Both the position numbers and the translations under genes were made by a program. Below the pieces are notes generated by a model. The model was not told where the DNA came from. It did no database searches and saw only the letters and a program-made list of their open reading frames with translations. Of a stretch of 64,000 nucleotides of DNA, positions 1-9,153 are shown in pieces (within the stretch, counting starts at the first letter, position 1; the number at the start of each line of letters is the position of its first letter). The DNA is from a virus (lineage: Duplodnaviria > Heunggongvirae > Uroviricota > Caudoviricetes), in IMG/VR virus record IMGVR_UViG_3300044950_000141, positions 1,670 to 65,669 of that record, one strand, 5' to 3'.

Positions 1-735
1 TCTATATAAATAATACTCACTATAAAAGTTCTCTACAGACCAGGTACACTTAAGGTCATACACTTGCCCTGTCTTTGCTTTGTGATCTAGAATTACCTTG
101 TCCATCATAGACTTAAACATGTGACCAAACACTTCATATCCTTCTACTTGTAACTGATTAAATACAGAATATTGTACATCATCTACTAAGTTTACAATCT
201 CTGCTGTGGTAGGATTAGTCTTTAGTTCTATCACTATCTTTTCAGCGTTTGCAATCTCTTGTGCAGCTACCACTGTAAGATGTTTAGGTCTAACTTCTCT
301 AATTTCTTTGTAATATACTTCAGCATCAGATCCTATAAACTTTTTAAGAACAGCATCTAAGCCTATCTTAAATCCTGAATCTGCGTGTGCATCTTTACAC
401 ATATCTTCAAAGCTTCTAGTAACTACACCATCTTCAGCTGTAGCTTCTACAGTGTGTTTATATAATGCTTCTACAAAATCCAACATCATAGCTGTTGGTG
501 TAGAAAGACATGTAGATACATAAAATCTTTCATCAAATAAATGTGGTTCCATCAATAATGTTTCCACCATTCTACCCATTGTAGCAGCTTTACTGTCTTC
601 ATCCTCAACTACTTCATTAAGGATATATTTCTTATGGTACTTTCTCCTATCTGTGGAGAATTCCTTTAGACTAGAACTACTGTCTAGATAGATTGCTCTA
701 TATTGAGCCTCTGTTTTCACTGTTCCCTGTATCAT
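1..735 (-). CDS. hypothetical protein, partial (ATG at 735; reading frame runs off window start with no stop)
   Basis: Manual minus-strand translation from ATG 733-735 (MIQGTVKTEAQYRAIYLDSSSSLKEF...) continues with no stop to position 1. It is absent from the ORF track only because its stop lies outside the window. Same orientation as neighbouring early genes. Confidence 0.4.
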   Translation of the reverse strand, partial: MIQGTVKTEAQYRAIYLDSSSSLKEFSTDRRKYHKKYILNEVVEDEDSKAATMGRMVETLLMEPHLFDERFYVSTCLSTPTAMMLDFVEALYKHTVEATAEDGVVTRSFEDMCKDAHADSGFKIGLDAVLKKFIGSDAEVYYKEIREVRPKHLTVVAAQEIANAEKIVIELKTNPTTAEIVNLVDDVQYSVFNQLQVEGYEVFGHMFKSMMDKVILDHKAKTGQVYDLKCTWSVENFYSEYYLYR

Positions 736-748
736 ACTCTTTCTAATT

Positions 749-1063
749 TTACTTTTTTAAAAAATCTGTGTTTCTTCTTGCGTTTGCTGGTAGTTTACTT
801 ACAACATCAGGATCTGGAATCAAATCTTCTCCTGCAGTGGGATTACCATATACAGAAAGATCATTTTGATCAACTGTTCTAAGCTGTCCTGTGTTATAGA
901 ATCTTATAATAAACTGAGGATTGGAGTGAATACTACCTACAATCATAAATAGTGCCACACCATATCCCAATTGTTTAACTTCTACATCAAATGGATTTAG
1001 AATTTCGTGTACTGTTTGAACTATCATCTTTTGCGTCTTTAAAATCGTTAATAATTTGATCAC
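749..1063 (-). CDS. hypothetical protein (104 aa)
   Basis: ORF track; co-oriented in tightly packed minus-strand operon. Confidence 0.45.
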   Translation of the reverse strand: MIKLLTILKTQKMIVQTVHEILNPFDVEVKQLGYGVALFMIVGSIHSNPQFIIRFYNTGQLRTVDQNDLSVYGNPTAGEDLIPDPDVVSKLPANARRNTDFLKK

Positions 1064-1268
1064 TTAGTTTTCTTACTTCCATTGGTACCTGTTTGAACCA
1101 CCATCTTACTTCCATTTCATACTCACGTCCTTGGTCATCAAGTCCTCTTGGATTAATAAGCCAGAACATAAAAGTTCTGCCATTAAAGTCAACAGATCCT
1201 TCATGCCATATTTCAGTGAAGGATGGTTGTCTGTTAATAGTTACTGTTAATTGTTTTTCGTCACTCAT
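987..1268 (-). CDS. hypothetical protein (93 aa); 77-nt overlap with downstream ORF, so the true start of the neighbour may be an internal Met
   Basis: ORF track; operon context. Confidence 0.4.
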   Translation of the reverse strand: MSDEKQLTVTINRQPSFTEIWHEGSVDFNGRTFMFWLINPRGLDDQGREYEMEVRWWFKQVPMEVRKLSDQIINDFKDAKDDSSNSTRNSKSI

Positions 1269-1552
1269 TTCTCTGTTATTTTAGTGGGTTCCCAAAGATA
1301 GGATAGCAAATGATATGGCCTATCACCAAACTTTGGTACAGCAATATACTGTCTGCCAACACATTTTGTTTTGAGTTCTTCTGGGGTGAGAGTCATCACC
1401 TTACCTTTGTATTCAATTTCATAACTCTCTTTCTTTTGAATACATTCTCTTACACTGTGATCAATTAGATCAACATACTTCTTGTCATGAAGTTTTAAGA
1501 TTGTCCTTTTCATGTTTATCTGCTTTTGTTTTTTTGTCGTGGCATTTTTCAC
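1265..1552 (-). CDS. hypothetical protein (95 aa)
   Basis: ORF track; stop/start overlap with 987..1268 typical of phage translational coupling. Confidence 0.45.
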   Translation of the reverse strand: MKNATTKKQKQINMKRTILKLHDKKYVDLIDHSVRECIQKKESYEIEYKGKVMTLTPEELKTKCVGRQYIAVPKFGDRPYHLLSYLWEPTKITEK

Positions 1553-1961
1553 ATAAGACTTGTAAGTTGTCTACCTCACAGAATAGTCTCTCTACAAATC
1601 CTGGTAAGTCTTTTGAACTCATCAAACTACCTGCAGGATGGATGTGATCAACATTAATCTTCTTCTCTATAAACCAATTCTTGCACACATTGCATTGATA
1701 CTCATACTTTTGTCTCTTGTTTACACCCTTGTACAATCTGCGTGCTTTAAGCTTGCATTCTGTAATAGGCTTCCAAAACCTGGACTTCTGTCTGAGAGCA
1801 CTGCGTATGAAACTCCAGAATGCTGATTCTGTCATAGTTCCAGCACATCTTGGTTTACTTACTACTCTTCTAGGTTTTTTAGAGATTCTTTTTGTTGCGT
1901 TTTTTATCATAATATATATATAATCCCAGGGTGTTACCCCTGGGAATACAAATTTAATCAA
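1485..1961 (-). CDS. HNH endonuclease
   Basis: C-x-x-C ... H-x-H ... C-x-x-C: YQCNVCKNWFIEKKINVDHIHP ... QVLCEKCHDKKTKADK is a classic HNH (His-Me finger) Zn-binding nuclease signature. Confidence 0.7.
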   Translation of the reverse strand: MIKFVFPGVTPWDYIYIMIKNATKRISKKPRRVVSKPRCAGTMTESAFWSFIRSALRQKSRFWKPITECKLKARRLYKGVNKRQKYEYQCNVCKNWFIEKKINVDHIHPAGSLMSSKDLPGFVERLFCEVDNLQVLCEKCHDKKTKADKHEKDNLKTS

Positions 1962-3423
1962 TTTCTACAATTCTTTTAGATATTTCTTGCTTTATTTCAT
2001 CAAGACTCTTAACAATTGTATACACTTCTACTGCAGATAGGGCAGGAAGATTGAAATCATATTTCATAGCCTCAGCTGTGAATCCTTCTTTAGCTTTCTC
2101 AGCCAAGTTATCCAACTCACGTACAGCATAAGACTCATCTAACTCAAGAGTATCAAAGTCTAGGTCATGTAAGATTTCTGTTGCTTCCTCACGTGGCACA
2201 GTCATAATTGGTAAATACTCATAACATCTACCTTTTGACTCACCAATACCTACAACCTTCATTGGGTTGATAAGTATAAGAACACTTGTATCACCACAGC
2301 CTACATAATGAATCTCATCACTAGTAAAGTGTAATCCTGCATGTGCACAATCTGCTCTTGACCAATTGCATTCGTCCATAGGCATACTCACTGGTCTACC
2401 AATTCTGATGTCAAATGTTCTTGTGTGAGCATCTGTAAATCTATTTTCTGCTCTATTAGGCAAGTCAAGATATAAGTCTGTTAAGTTACCAAGATTTTCA
2501 CCTTTAACTGCAAGAACAAGATCTTCATATTCACCTGTACCATCACACTCACAACACTCTTCACTATCTTCCCACTCATCACACTCAGGAATGGTTCCTG
2601 TACCATCACAATAAGAACATGTGCATGTTTCTTTTTTATACATAGCTTCTCCATGAACCATTTTATATTCACCATTCTCTAGGAATACAAAATACTCATC
2701 AGGCTTCTTCTTCCATACAGCCTTCACTTTATTATATGCATTAGATACAAACTGTACTAATTCTGTAGAACCATGCAATGTAACTACATTTCTCAAAGCT
2801 ACAAAGAAGCCTTGTTTAGTGATGCTGAAGCTATTCTTCTTCAAGAAGTTGAATAGATCATTTGCAACCTCAGCTCTTGGATTCAAGCAGCACCACATAA
2901 AGAATCTATGCAAAGCATTGAATTCATCGCTATCTGTGTTACCATGTTTACCAACCACTTCTAAGAATTCTTCCACTAATAATGGAGGTAGACTTCTATT
3001 GATACCCTTTAAATAAAGAGAACCATTTTTCATCTCAAACTCAGGAAGTGTAGCTAAGAACTTGGCACCTGCTGTTATAGCCTTAATTTTCTCATACTCA
3101 GCTTCAGCTTTTCTTCTCTCATCTTTTATCTCCTGTGTGCTCACAAGATCAAATAGACAAGCTTCTGTTTTACAATCTCTAGCAGAATTAAAATGTTCTG
3201 ATGTTGCTGGAGATTTGGTAATGATATTACCATCGTTCATTACAATAGTCAATGTATCATTAACCATTTTAATGTTTAGATAGGGCTTTCCTGAAGAATG
3301 ATAAGAAGGGGCTGTCTGCCCCTCCTCATTATCCAACTGGTTAAAAGCCTGCTCAATTTTGTTTTCTACTACCTTTTCAATTGTGCGTTCAATTGCACCC
3401 TTAAACCATTTCAAACTTAGCAT
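1954..3423 (-). CDS. hypothetical protein with clustered CxxC motifs (putative Zn-binding), 489 aa
   Basis: ORF track. Cys clusters: TCTCSYCDGTGTIPECDEWEDSEECCECDGTGEYEDL plus further Cys/His pairs (DECNWSRADCAHAGLHF). No catalytic motif recognised. Confidence 0.55.
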   Translation of the reverse strand: MLSLKWFKGAIERTIEKVVENKIEQAFNQLDNEEGQTAPSYHSSGKPYLNIKMVNDTLTIVMNDGNIITKSPATSEHFNSARDCKTEACLFDLVSTQEIKDERRKAEAEYEKIKAITAGAKFLATLPEFEMKNGSLYLKGINRSLPPLLVEEFLEVVGKHGNTDSDEFNALHRFFMWCCLNPRAEVANDLFNFLKKNSFSITKQGFFVALRNVVTLHGSTELVQFVSNAYNKVKAVWKKKPDEYFVFLENGEYKMVHGEAMYKKETCTCSYCDGTGTIPECDEWEDSEECCECDGTGEYEDLVLAVKGENLGNLTDLYLDLPNRAENRFTDAHTRTFDIRIGRPVSMPMDECNWSRADCAHAGLHFTSDEIHYVGCGDTSVLILINPMKVVGIGESKGRCYEYLPIMTVPREEATEILHDLDFDTLELDESYAVRELDNLAEKAKEGFTAEAMKYDFNLPALSAVEVYTIVKSLDEIKQEISKRIVEID

Positions 3424-3433
3424 GTTTTTCTTT

Positions 3434-5782
3434 TTAAATTGTTTCTAATTCTGTAATTGTGTCTTGTGTTAATACTTCCTCTAAAGGAGCATCTTCTGTT
3501 AATATGAGCTTGTAATGCTCTAGGTTTACTCTATGTTTGTGATATTTGAATAAATCAACTATAGCTGTTATCAATGGATTTTGTTTAACATTACTATAAC
3601 CCATTGTACCTAATATAGCATCTAAGAATGGTAGCTTAGTAAACACTTCATTAACCTGTTTGTACACTAAATATGTAGGTTGGTCAAATAAATTGTTTGC
3701 TATGGCATGTTCTATAACTGCTTTTCTAGTGTCAGCATCACAATAACTTCTATACTGGCTATTATGATACTGATGTAATGTCTGTAATTTATCTGCTAAA
3801 TCAATAGATACATCTCTAACTGTATTGATTCTTTTAAATGTATCACTATATGTTTCAATCAAATCCCTGATTAGAAACTCTGTAGCTATTGTTTTAAATG
3901 GTCTGTTTTTACCTTCCATAAATTTATCTATTGTTATCCAGTTATGTAAATCAGCTTTCTGTAAGTTATCATAGGTTGCTTGGGCCACTATTACAAATAA
4001 TGCATGTTTATTAAAACAAGACCAAGCATTATCCATTTTCTTCTTATCAGCTTCTTTAGCATAGACATTCAACGTAGACCTTTGATGGATCATTTCCATC
4101 TTAAATGTTGTAGGAACAAACTTGCAATGTTGATCAGATAGATCTATTTGCATTTGTGTACCCACCTTACCAGAGAATTCACCTTTTAGTCTAACCTTCT
4201 TAGGACCTGCTACAGCTGCAACTGTTACCTTCATTCTTTTAGCTTTCTGAGCATCCTTGAATGATTGTGGTACATCAATAGCATCTACATCTATAAAATC
4301 CTTAGCATATAATCCCACTACATATTGAAACTCTTGAATAAGCTGTCTCCATTGAGTTTTAGGATACATTCCTAAATTTAACACAGAATCATAATATTTA
4401 GCATAATCTATTTGACCAGTCTTGCTTCTAAGCTTAAATGCTGATTTCTTAACAAAATAACTAGTTTTATTATCTGGCAAAAGAGTCCTTAAATAGTCTT
4501 GCTTACCTTTAGGAAGAGAATCATCATAAATATATACACCACCAACAGCATATCCTGTTAAATCTGACATTCTCAAATGCTCATAATAATAGTTCTTAGC
4601 ATTTTGAAATTTACCATTACTAAATCTATATTTAAACTTATACTCAGCAAGTATATACTCTTTAGATTTTACAGCAAGTCTTTCTAGGTTTAATAGCTTT
4701 ATGTTATCTAGTTTAGGCTGTGCTACAGATACAGTAGAATGCTTTACAAGATCATCTATACAAATATCATCTTCTGTGCCTTTGTACCAGCATTTGATAT
4801 GCTTACTATTTTGACTATAGAATTCCATAATAGCTTTGATATCGCTTTGTGTAGTGATGGCATCATTAAACTTGTCCATGAATACATTACCCACTGTAGC
4901 TATCTTCTTTAGAATGGTTTCTTTAGCTTCTTTAGTATATCTAATAGCTTCTCTGTTTGGTGTAGGAAATAATCCATCACTAAGACTAAATCTCAAAGCC
5001 ATCTTCATACGTATTCTATCAATACCAAGCTTCTCCCAGTCAATTGGATAACTAACATTGTCCAAGCATAAATGCATGTCACTGTTCATAGCTATTTGAG
5101 AATATTGAAAATGTTCAGCTCTATGTATTGTAAAATCATTAGGAACATTATAGCTACCCATTGGTTCTACATCAAAGTAAACATTATCAAAATAAGCTAA
5201 TTGCTCTTTAATCTTGTTGTGGAAATTATATCTATCAGAATAATCCACTGGAACAATAACCTTTACACCATTAGGTTCTGCTGTAGGCTTTTCATACAAA
5301 AGGTCAATACTGTTTGTATCTTCTCCTTCATACATCATATACTTACGTTCCATAAAATCTTTTCTACATACAAAGTAGAAGCTAGAGCTATATGCCAATG
5401 GAGCCTTGAAACCAAGACCCATCATGCCTAATTCTGTATTGCTATTACGCTTGGTTGACTTACCATACTTACTGATGATGTTACGCACATCATCTGCATC
5501 TAAGCCAATACCAAAGTCTTCAACAGCAAATTCATATGTATTTGCCTGATTGTTTCTTTTAAACGAAACAATAACAGGTTCGTCACATCCAGCTCTTCTG
5601 TGACTATCCAGTGCATTAGATGCACATTCTCTGATAGTAGAGCCTATTGAATCTGAATATAGATTCTTACTTAACATCTGCATCAAGACTTGTGCAGAAT
5701 CTAAGTCTAGTGACATTTTCACAGTTTCCTGTGTTGTTCCTTCTTCAAGGATGTGTGCTTCTGTTTGTTTTTCTAAAATCAT
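3434..5782 (-). CDS. GHKL (Bergerat-fold) ATPase, Hsp90/MORC-like N-terminal domain, 782 aa
   Basis: N-box IRECASNALDS (cf. Hsp90 ELISNASDALDK). G1 box VEDFGIGLDADDV (DxGxG). G2 box GMMGLGFKAPLAYS (cf. Hsp90 GQFGVGFYSA). No Toprim motifs seen in the remaining ~600 residues. Confidence 0.6.
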   Translation of the reverse strand: MILEKQTEAHILEEGTTQETVKMSLDLDSAQVLMQMLSKNLYSDSIGSTIRECASNALDSHRRAGCDEPVIVSFKRNNQANTYEFAVEDFGIGLDADDVRNIISKYGKSTKRNSNTELGMMGLGFKAPLAYSSSFYFVCRKDFMERKYMMYEGEDTNSIDLLYEKPTAEPNGVKVIVPVDYSDRYNFHNKIKEQLAYFDNVYFDVEPMGSYNVPNDFTIHRAEHFQYSQIAMNSDMHLCLDNVSYPIDWEKLGIDRIRMKMALRFSLSDGLFPTPNREAIRYTKEAKETILKKIATVGNVFMDKFNDAITTQSDIKAIMEFYSQNSKHIKCWYKGTEDDICIDDLVKHSTVSVAQPKLDNIKLLNLERLAVKSKEYILAEYKFKYRFSNGKFQNAKNYYYEHLRMSDLTGYAVGGVYIYDDSLPKGKQDYLRTLLPDNKTSYFVKKSAFKLRSKTGQIDYAKYYDSVLNLGMYPKTQWRQLIQEFQYVVGLYAKDFIDVDAIDVPQSFKDAQKAKRMKVTVAAVAGPKKVRLKGEFSGKVGTQMQIDLSDQHCKFVPTTFKMEMIHQRSTLNVYAKEADKKKMDNAWSCFNKHALFVIVAQATYDNLQKADLHNWITIDKFMEGKNRPFKTIATEFLIRDLIETYSDTFKRINTVRDVSIDLADKLQTLHQYHNSQYRSYCDADTRKAVIEHAIANNLFDQPTYLVYKQVNEVFTKLPFLDAILGTMGYSNVKQNPLITAIVDLFKYHKHRVNLEHYKLILTEDAPLEEVLTQDTITELETI

Positions 5783-5786
5783 TGTG

Positions 5787-6149
5787 TTAGTATTTTACGT
5801 CTATGTTGAATTCTTTAAGAACTTCTTTATCTTCTAGAAGTTTTTCTATTGTTTCTTGGTCTGTAATGTTTTCTCTGTTTAATTTCATAATTCTATACTC
5901 ATCTGGTGTATTAACGTAGTTCTTACCCATTTGAGAAATGGTAAGTGGTTTCATTGGTTTATCACCTTTCCATTGGCCTAGTTGTATCCCATGCCAATTC
6001 TTTTGTGATGAAGCAGAACCAGGCCATAGATACTGGACTGTTCCTCCTTGTCCTCGTCCAAGATAAATACCAATGCTTATGTAATTATTACTAGCCACTG
6101 CTATGAGATCTCCTTTTTGGATGTCTCCTCCATTTTTAACTTTAATCAT
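5787..6149 (-). CDS. hypothetical protein (120 aa)
   Basis: ORF track; 4-nt spacing from neighbours. Confidence 0.5.
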   Translation of the reverse strand: MIKVKNGGDIQKGDLIAVASNNYISIGIYLGRGQGGTVQYLWPGSASSQKNWHGIQLGQWKGDKPMKPLTISQMGKNYVNTPDEYRIMKLNRENITDQETIEKLLEDKEVLKEFNIDVKY

Positions 6150-6151
6150 AA

Positions 6152-6451
6152 TTAAATGCTTTTAATGATTTCTGATTTTCTGATTTCTATTTTTTCATCC
6201 ATATGCATCATCAACATAACAAGCATTTCACGTGCTTCGTTATAATCTAGTTCTATTGCCTTCTTATTAGGAAATTTGAACTTAATACCATTACCATCAT
6301 CTGTTAATGTTAATGCTGTTTCTCCTTCACATGTCCAATCTTTATGGTTTGAGTAGTTTAATTTGCTTAATATGGCTCCTCTGTTAAGATCATAATCATA
6401 ATCTAACTCTCCATTTCTATTATTCTGTACATAGACTTGTAATTCTTCCAT
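6152..6451 (-). CDS. hypothetical protein (99 aa)
   Basis: ORF track; operon packing. Confidence 0.5.
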   Translation of the reverse strand: MEELQVYVQNNRNGELDYDYDLNRGAILSKLNYSNHKDWTCEGETALTLTDDGNGIKFKFPNKKAIELDYNEAREMLVMLMMHMDEKIEIRKSEIIKSI

Positions 6452-6461
6452 AATTTTGTTT

Positions 6462-7178
6462 TTAAAAGGGTGTATCTAACATCCAATCTATCGCTAGGTT
6501 GTTGTTTTCCTTTAATAGTTTGTTAATTTTTGTAAATGTGCCTTCTGTATCCCAATCAGTTTGTTTATAAGACGCACTGGCAGGATGACTCATTGTGAAT
6601 TCCCATGTAAATGGTGCAACATACTTTTTGTATTTAGCTGCATCTTTACCTAGAAACACAACTGGTACTCCTGTAGTAGCCAACACTTCTTCAAACAGAT
6701 ACTTAGTAAAGGGTTCCCACAAATCAATGTGAGAGCCTGCTTTATTTATTTCTGTAGTCAAAGCTGCATTATACATAAGGATACCTTGTTTGGCTAAGAA
6801 AGATACATCTGGTGGTCTTTCACATGTTACGCAAAGACCATTGAACATCTCTTTCTCAATACCATCATAGAATTTTATTAGAGATGGTTGTAATATGCCT
6901 GTTGTTGAACAGCCCATTAACAGACCATCTGCTACGTATTCTCCATTCTTCATAGAGTGATAAGGACACATACCTACCATGACTAGTTTTAGTTCATCAT
7001 AAGGTGTCTCATAAAAACATCTATAAACATTCTGAGAGAGAGGGGCAATCTTCTTGCCCCTCTGACTTTCAGCTTTGAGATATTTATAGATATTATCACA
7101 TGCTTCACTTTCAATAAAAGGTTGCATAAACCTATGCCAAGAAGAATGAAACTGATCTTTAAATTTCTCCCAATTCAT
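6462..7178 (-). CDS. uracil-DNA glycosylase-fold protein (UDG superfamily), catalytic Asp replaced by Cys
   Basis: LVMVGMCPYHS aligns to the UDG family-1 water-activating loop GQDPYH (D->C). C-terminal SHPASAS aligns to the HPSPLS His-loop. Confidence 0.5.
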   Translation of the reverse strand: MNWEKFKDQFHSSWHRFMQPFIESEACDNIYKYLKAESQRGKKIAPLSQNVYRCFYETPYDELKLVMVGMCPYHSMKNGEYVADGLLMGCSTTGILQPSLIKFYDGIEKEMFNGLCVTCERPPDVSFLAKQGILMYNAALTTEINKAGSHIDLWEPFTKYLFEEVLATTGVPVVFLGKDAAKYKKYVAPFTWEFTMSHPASASYKQTDWDTEGTFTKINKLLKENNNLAIDWMLDTPF

Positions 7179-7179
7179 A

Positions 7180-7944
7180 TTAAAACATTGATAATTGATT
7201 AAGTACTATTTCTCCTTGCTCATAATCCATTGGTGTAGCATCATATGCATAGTTGTTGAAGAATGCATGTGCTTGTATATGACTCTCCATCCATTGAGAT
7301 GGGTGTGTCTCTTTCATAGCAAATGTTGTATAGTTATATAACTCCCATAAGCTATCTTTAGCATTGTAATCATGTGTAGGGGCTTTTAACTCTCTACTGA
7401 TGATGTTTAACTGTGTAGACGTAATAAACTGCTCTTCTAGCATCATTCTACCAACTAACTCAGCTTTGATACGTTTAGTGATTTCTATTTGCTTCATAGA
7501 CTCTCTTTGCTGTTGCATAAGAGTGAATGCTTCACCTGCACCTTTGATGTAATCAGTGATAGCACCTGGTGTGAAGTCTTGGATGTCACCTTTATGTCTT
7601 TTCTTAAAGGCACCAAAGTCTCCTGATACACAACCATTAGAGCATATCATAATTCTTGTACCAATAGCAAACTTTAAGCTCATGCTTCTGTCATAGCTAT
7701 TCTGCCAACCAATTTGTAATTGCATCTCACTGTCTGCTACGTTGCTGATAGAGAATCTACCATTAGCAACACTACCATCTCTAGCTGCAGAATAAGTTTC
7801 TTTGTCTAAGATAAATCCTGCTTTCTCAATGCTGTTCAATGTAAGATCCATCAATGAAGAATGGCTAACTGGTTTATATGTACGTGTTTGTACTGGAACT
7901 GCTGTATTCATTAACAGTTCCTTTGTGGTGTTAAACGTCTCCAT
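7180..7944 (-). CDS. hypothetical protein (254 aa), replication-module associated
   Basis: ORF track; start overlaps upstream gene stop. Confidence 0.5.
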   Translation of the reverse strand: METFNTTKELLMNTAVPVQTRTYKPVSHSSLMDLTLNSIEKAGFILDKETYSAARDGSVANGRFSISNVADSEMQLQIGWQNSYDRSMSLKFAIGTRIMICSNGCVSGDFGAFKKRHKGDIQDFTPGAITDYIKGAGEAFTLMQQQRESMKQIEITKRIKAELVGRMMLEEQFITSTQLNIISRELKAPTHDYNAKDSLWELYNYTTFAMKETHPSQWMESHIQAHAFFNNYAYDATPMDYEQGEIVLNQLSMF

Positions 7945-8088
7945 CTTGTGTTAATTTAATTGGTGTTCCTAAATATTTACTTAATATGCCTTCTAGGTTT
8001 TCTATACCTATGCATTCTAAATCATCTCCTTCAGTGGTTTCAAACCATTCTATTTCGCTTTGAATAGCTTCTACTAAATCTTTTACTG

Positions 8089-9093
8089 TCATAAAATTTG
8101 TTTACTTTTTAAATAATCTTCAATCACTTTTAATCCATGGACCTTTGCAAGATCTGCCCAATCTTTAATGCCTTCTGCTAGATACTGACGTGGGACGTTA
8201 GTATAGTCAAAGTCAAACATCTTTGTAATCTGTACAGAATTCTGTACACCTACATCATCAGCATCAAAGCTAAGTATTTGTCTATCAGAGTTTGCTTTTA
8301 GATATTCTACATTGTCATGTGAGAAACATCCAAGTCCTTCATTTTGGACAGCACAGCTGCATGGGAATATCTTCTTCATCACCATAAAGTCTTTTTTACT
8401 CTTGTTGATGAATGCTGTCTTACAGTCTTTTATATTCTCTTTACCATCCATTGCTGTGATAGGAACATTGTTAGGCATCCACTTATGCTTCTTATCAGCA
8501 TATGGCCTATATATCTTCCAATACTGTCCTTCATAAAGGTAACCAAATCTAAGCTCGTCTTCTCCTAATGGGAACCTTTGCTTATTAAGATATAGTTCTT
8601 TGATAGAATACACATTGTTATCTCTGAGGTCCTGGAGATCCTGGTGATACTCTGCCCAATACTCAAGTTCTCTATTAGTGAACTTTCTAGTCTTGACCTG
8701 AATTAGGGAATATCTCTTCTCTATCTCAGGCTGTTTGTATTCAGATATAATCTTCTTGTACTCTCCTGTCATGACACCTGTAGAAAAACCTAGACCAAAG
8801 TCTCTGTCTATCATCTTCAAAGTATCACTGACGCTAGGAAGGCTATGAAGCTTCTGAACAAAATTAAAACAATCACCACGAAGACTAGTATCAGCATAGT
8901 CTATAAACATTAGATAGCCCATTTTGTTACCAATCATAAATGATGGATTGTTCTCATGCCTGAATGGAGAATAGGTCACTCTGTTAATTTTCCAATCTTG
9001 ATTAGGCATGTAATACCTAAATATATCATACTCTGATATCCTACTTAGAATAGCTTCTATAGACATCTTTGTCTTTCTTTCTCCAGTAATCAT
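8089..9093 (-). CDS. DnaG-like DNA primase (degenerate zinc-binding domain + Toprim-like C-terminus)
   Basis: N-term SPFRHENNPSFMI...GDCFNFV parallels the DnaG zinc-ribbon CPFHxEKTPSF...CFGCG with Cys ligands lost. C-terminal SFDADDVG resembles the Toprim DGDxAG motif, preceded by an NEGLG (EG) segment. Confidence 0.55.
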   Translation of the reverse strand: MITGERKTKMSIEAILSRISEYDIFRYYMPNQDWKINRVTYSPFRHENNPSFMIGNKMGYLMFIDYADTSLRGDCFNFVQKLHSLPSVSDTLKMIDRDFGLGFSTGVMTGEYKKIISEYKQPEIEKRYSLIQVKTRKFTNRELEYWAEYHQDLQDLRDNNVYSIKELYLNKQRFPLGEDELRFGYLYEGQYWKIYRPYADKKHKWMPNNVPITAMDGKENIKDCKTAFINKSKKDFMVMKKIFPCSCAVQNEGLGCFSHDNVEYLKANSDRQILSFDADDVGVQNSVQITKMFDFDYTNVPRQYLAEGIKDWADLAKVHGLKVIEDYLKSKQIL

Positions 9094-9153
9094 AACTTAA
9101 GTTAATGAAAAGGCCCCACAATAGTGAGGCCATTTCTTATTTAGAGGGGTATA

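Noticed and set aside
4836-5431. Antisense small ORFs (4836..5051+, 5201..5431+) inside the GHKL ATPase gene, and similar ones inside other long genes (e.g. 8312..8568+, 16011..16259-, 27504..28109-)
   Set aside because: Fully contained within longer well-supported ORFs on the opposite strand or frame; AT-rich genomes generate many such chance ORFs.
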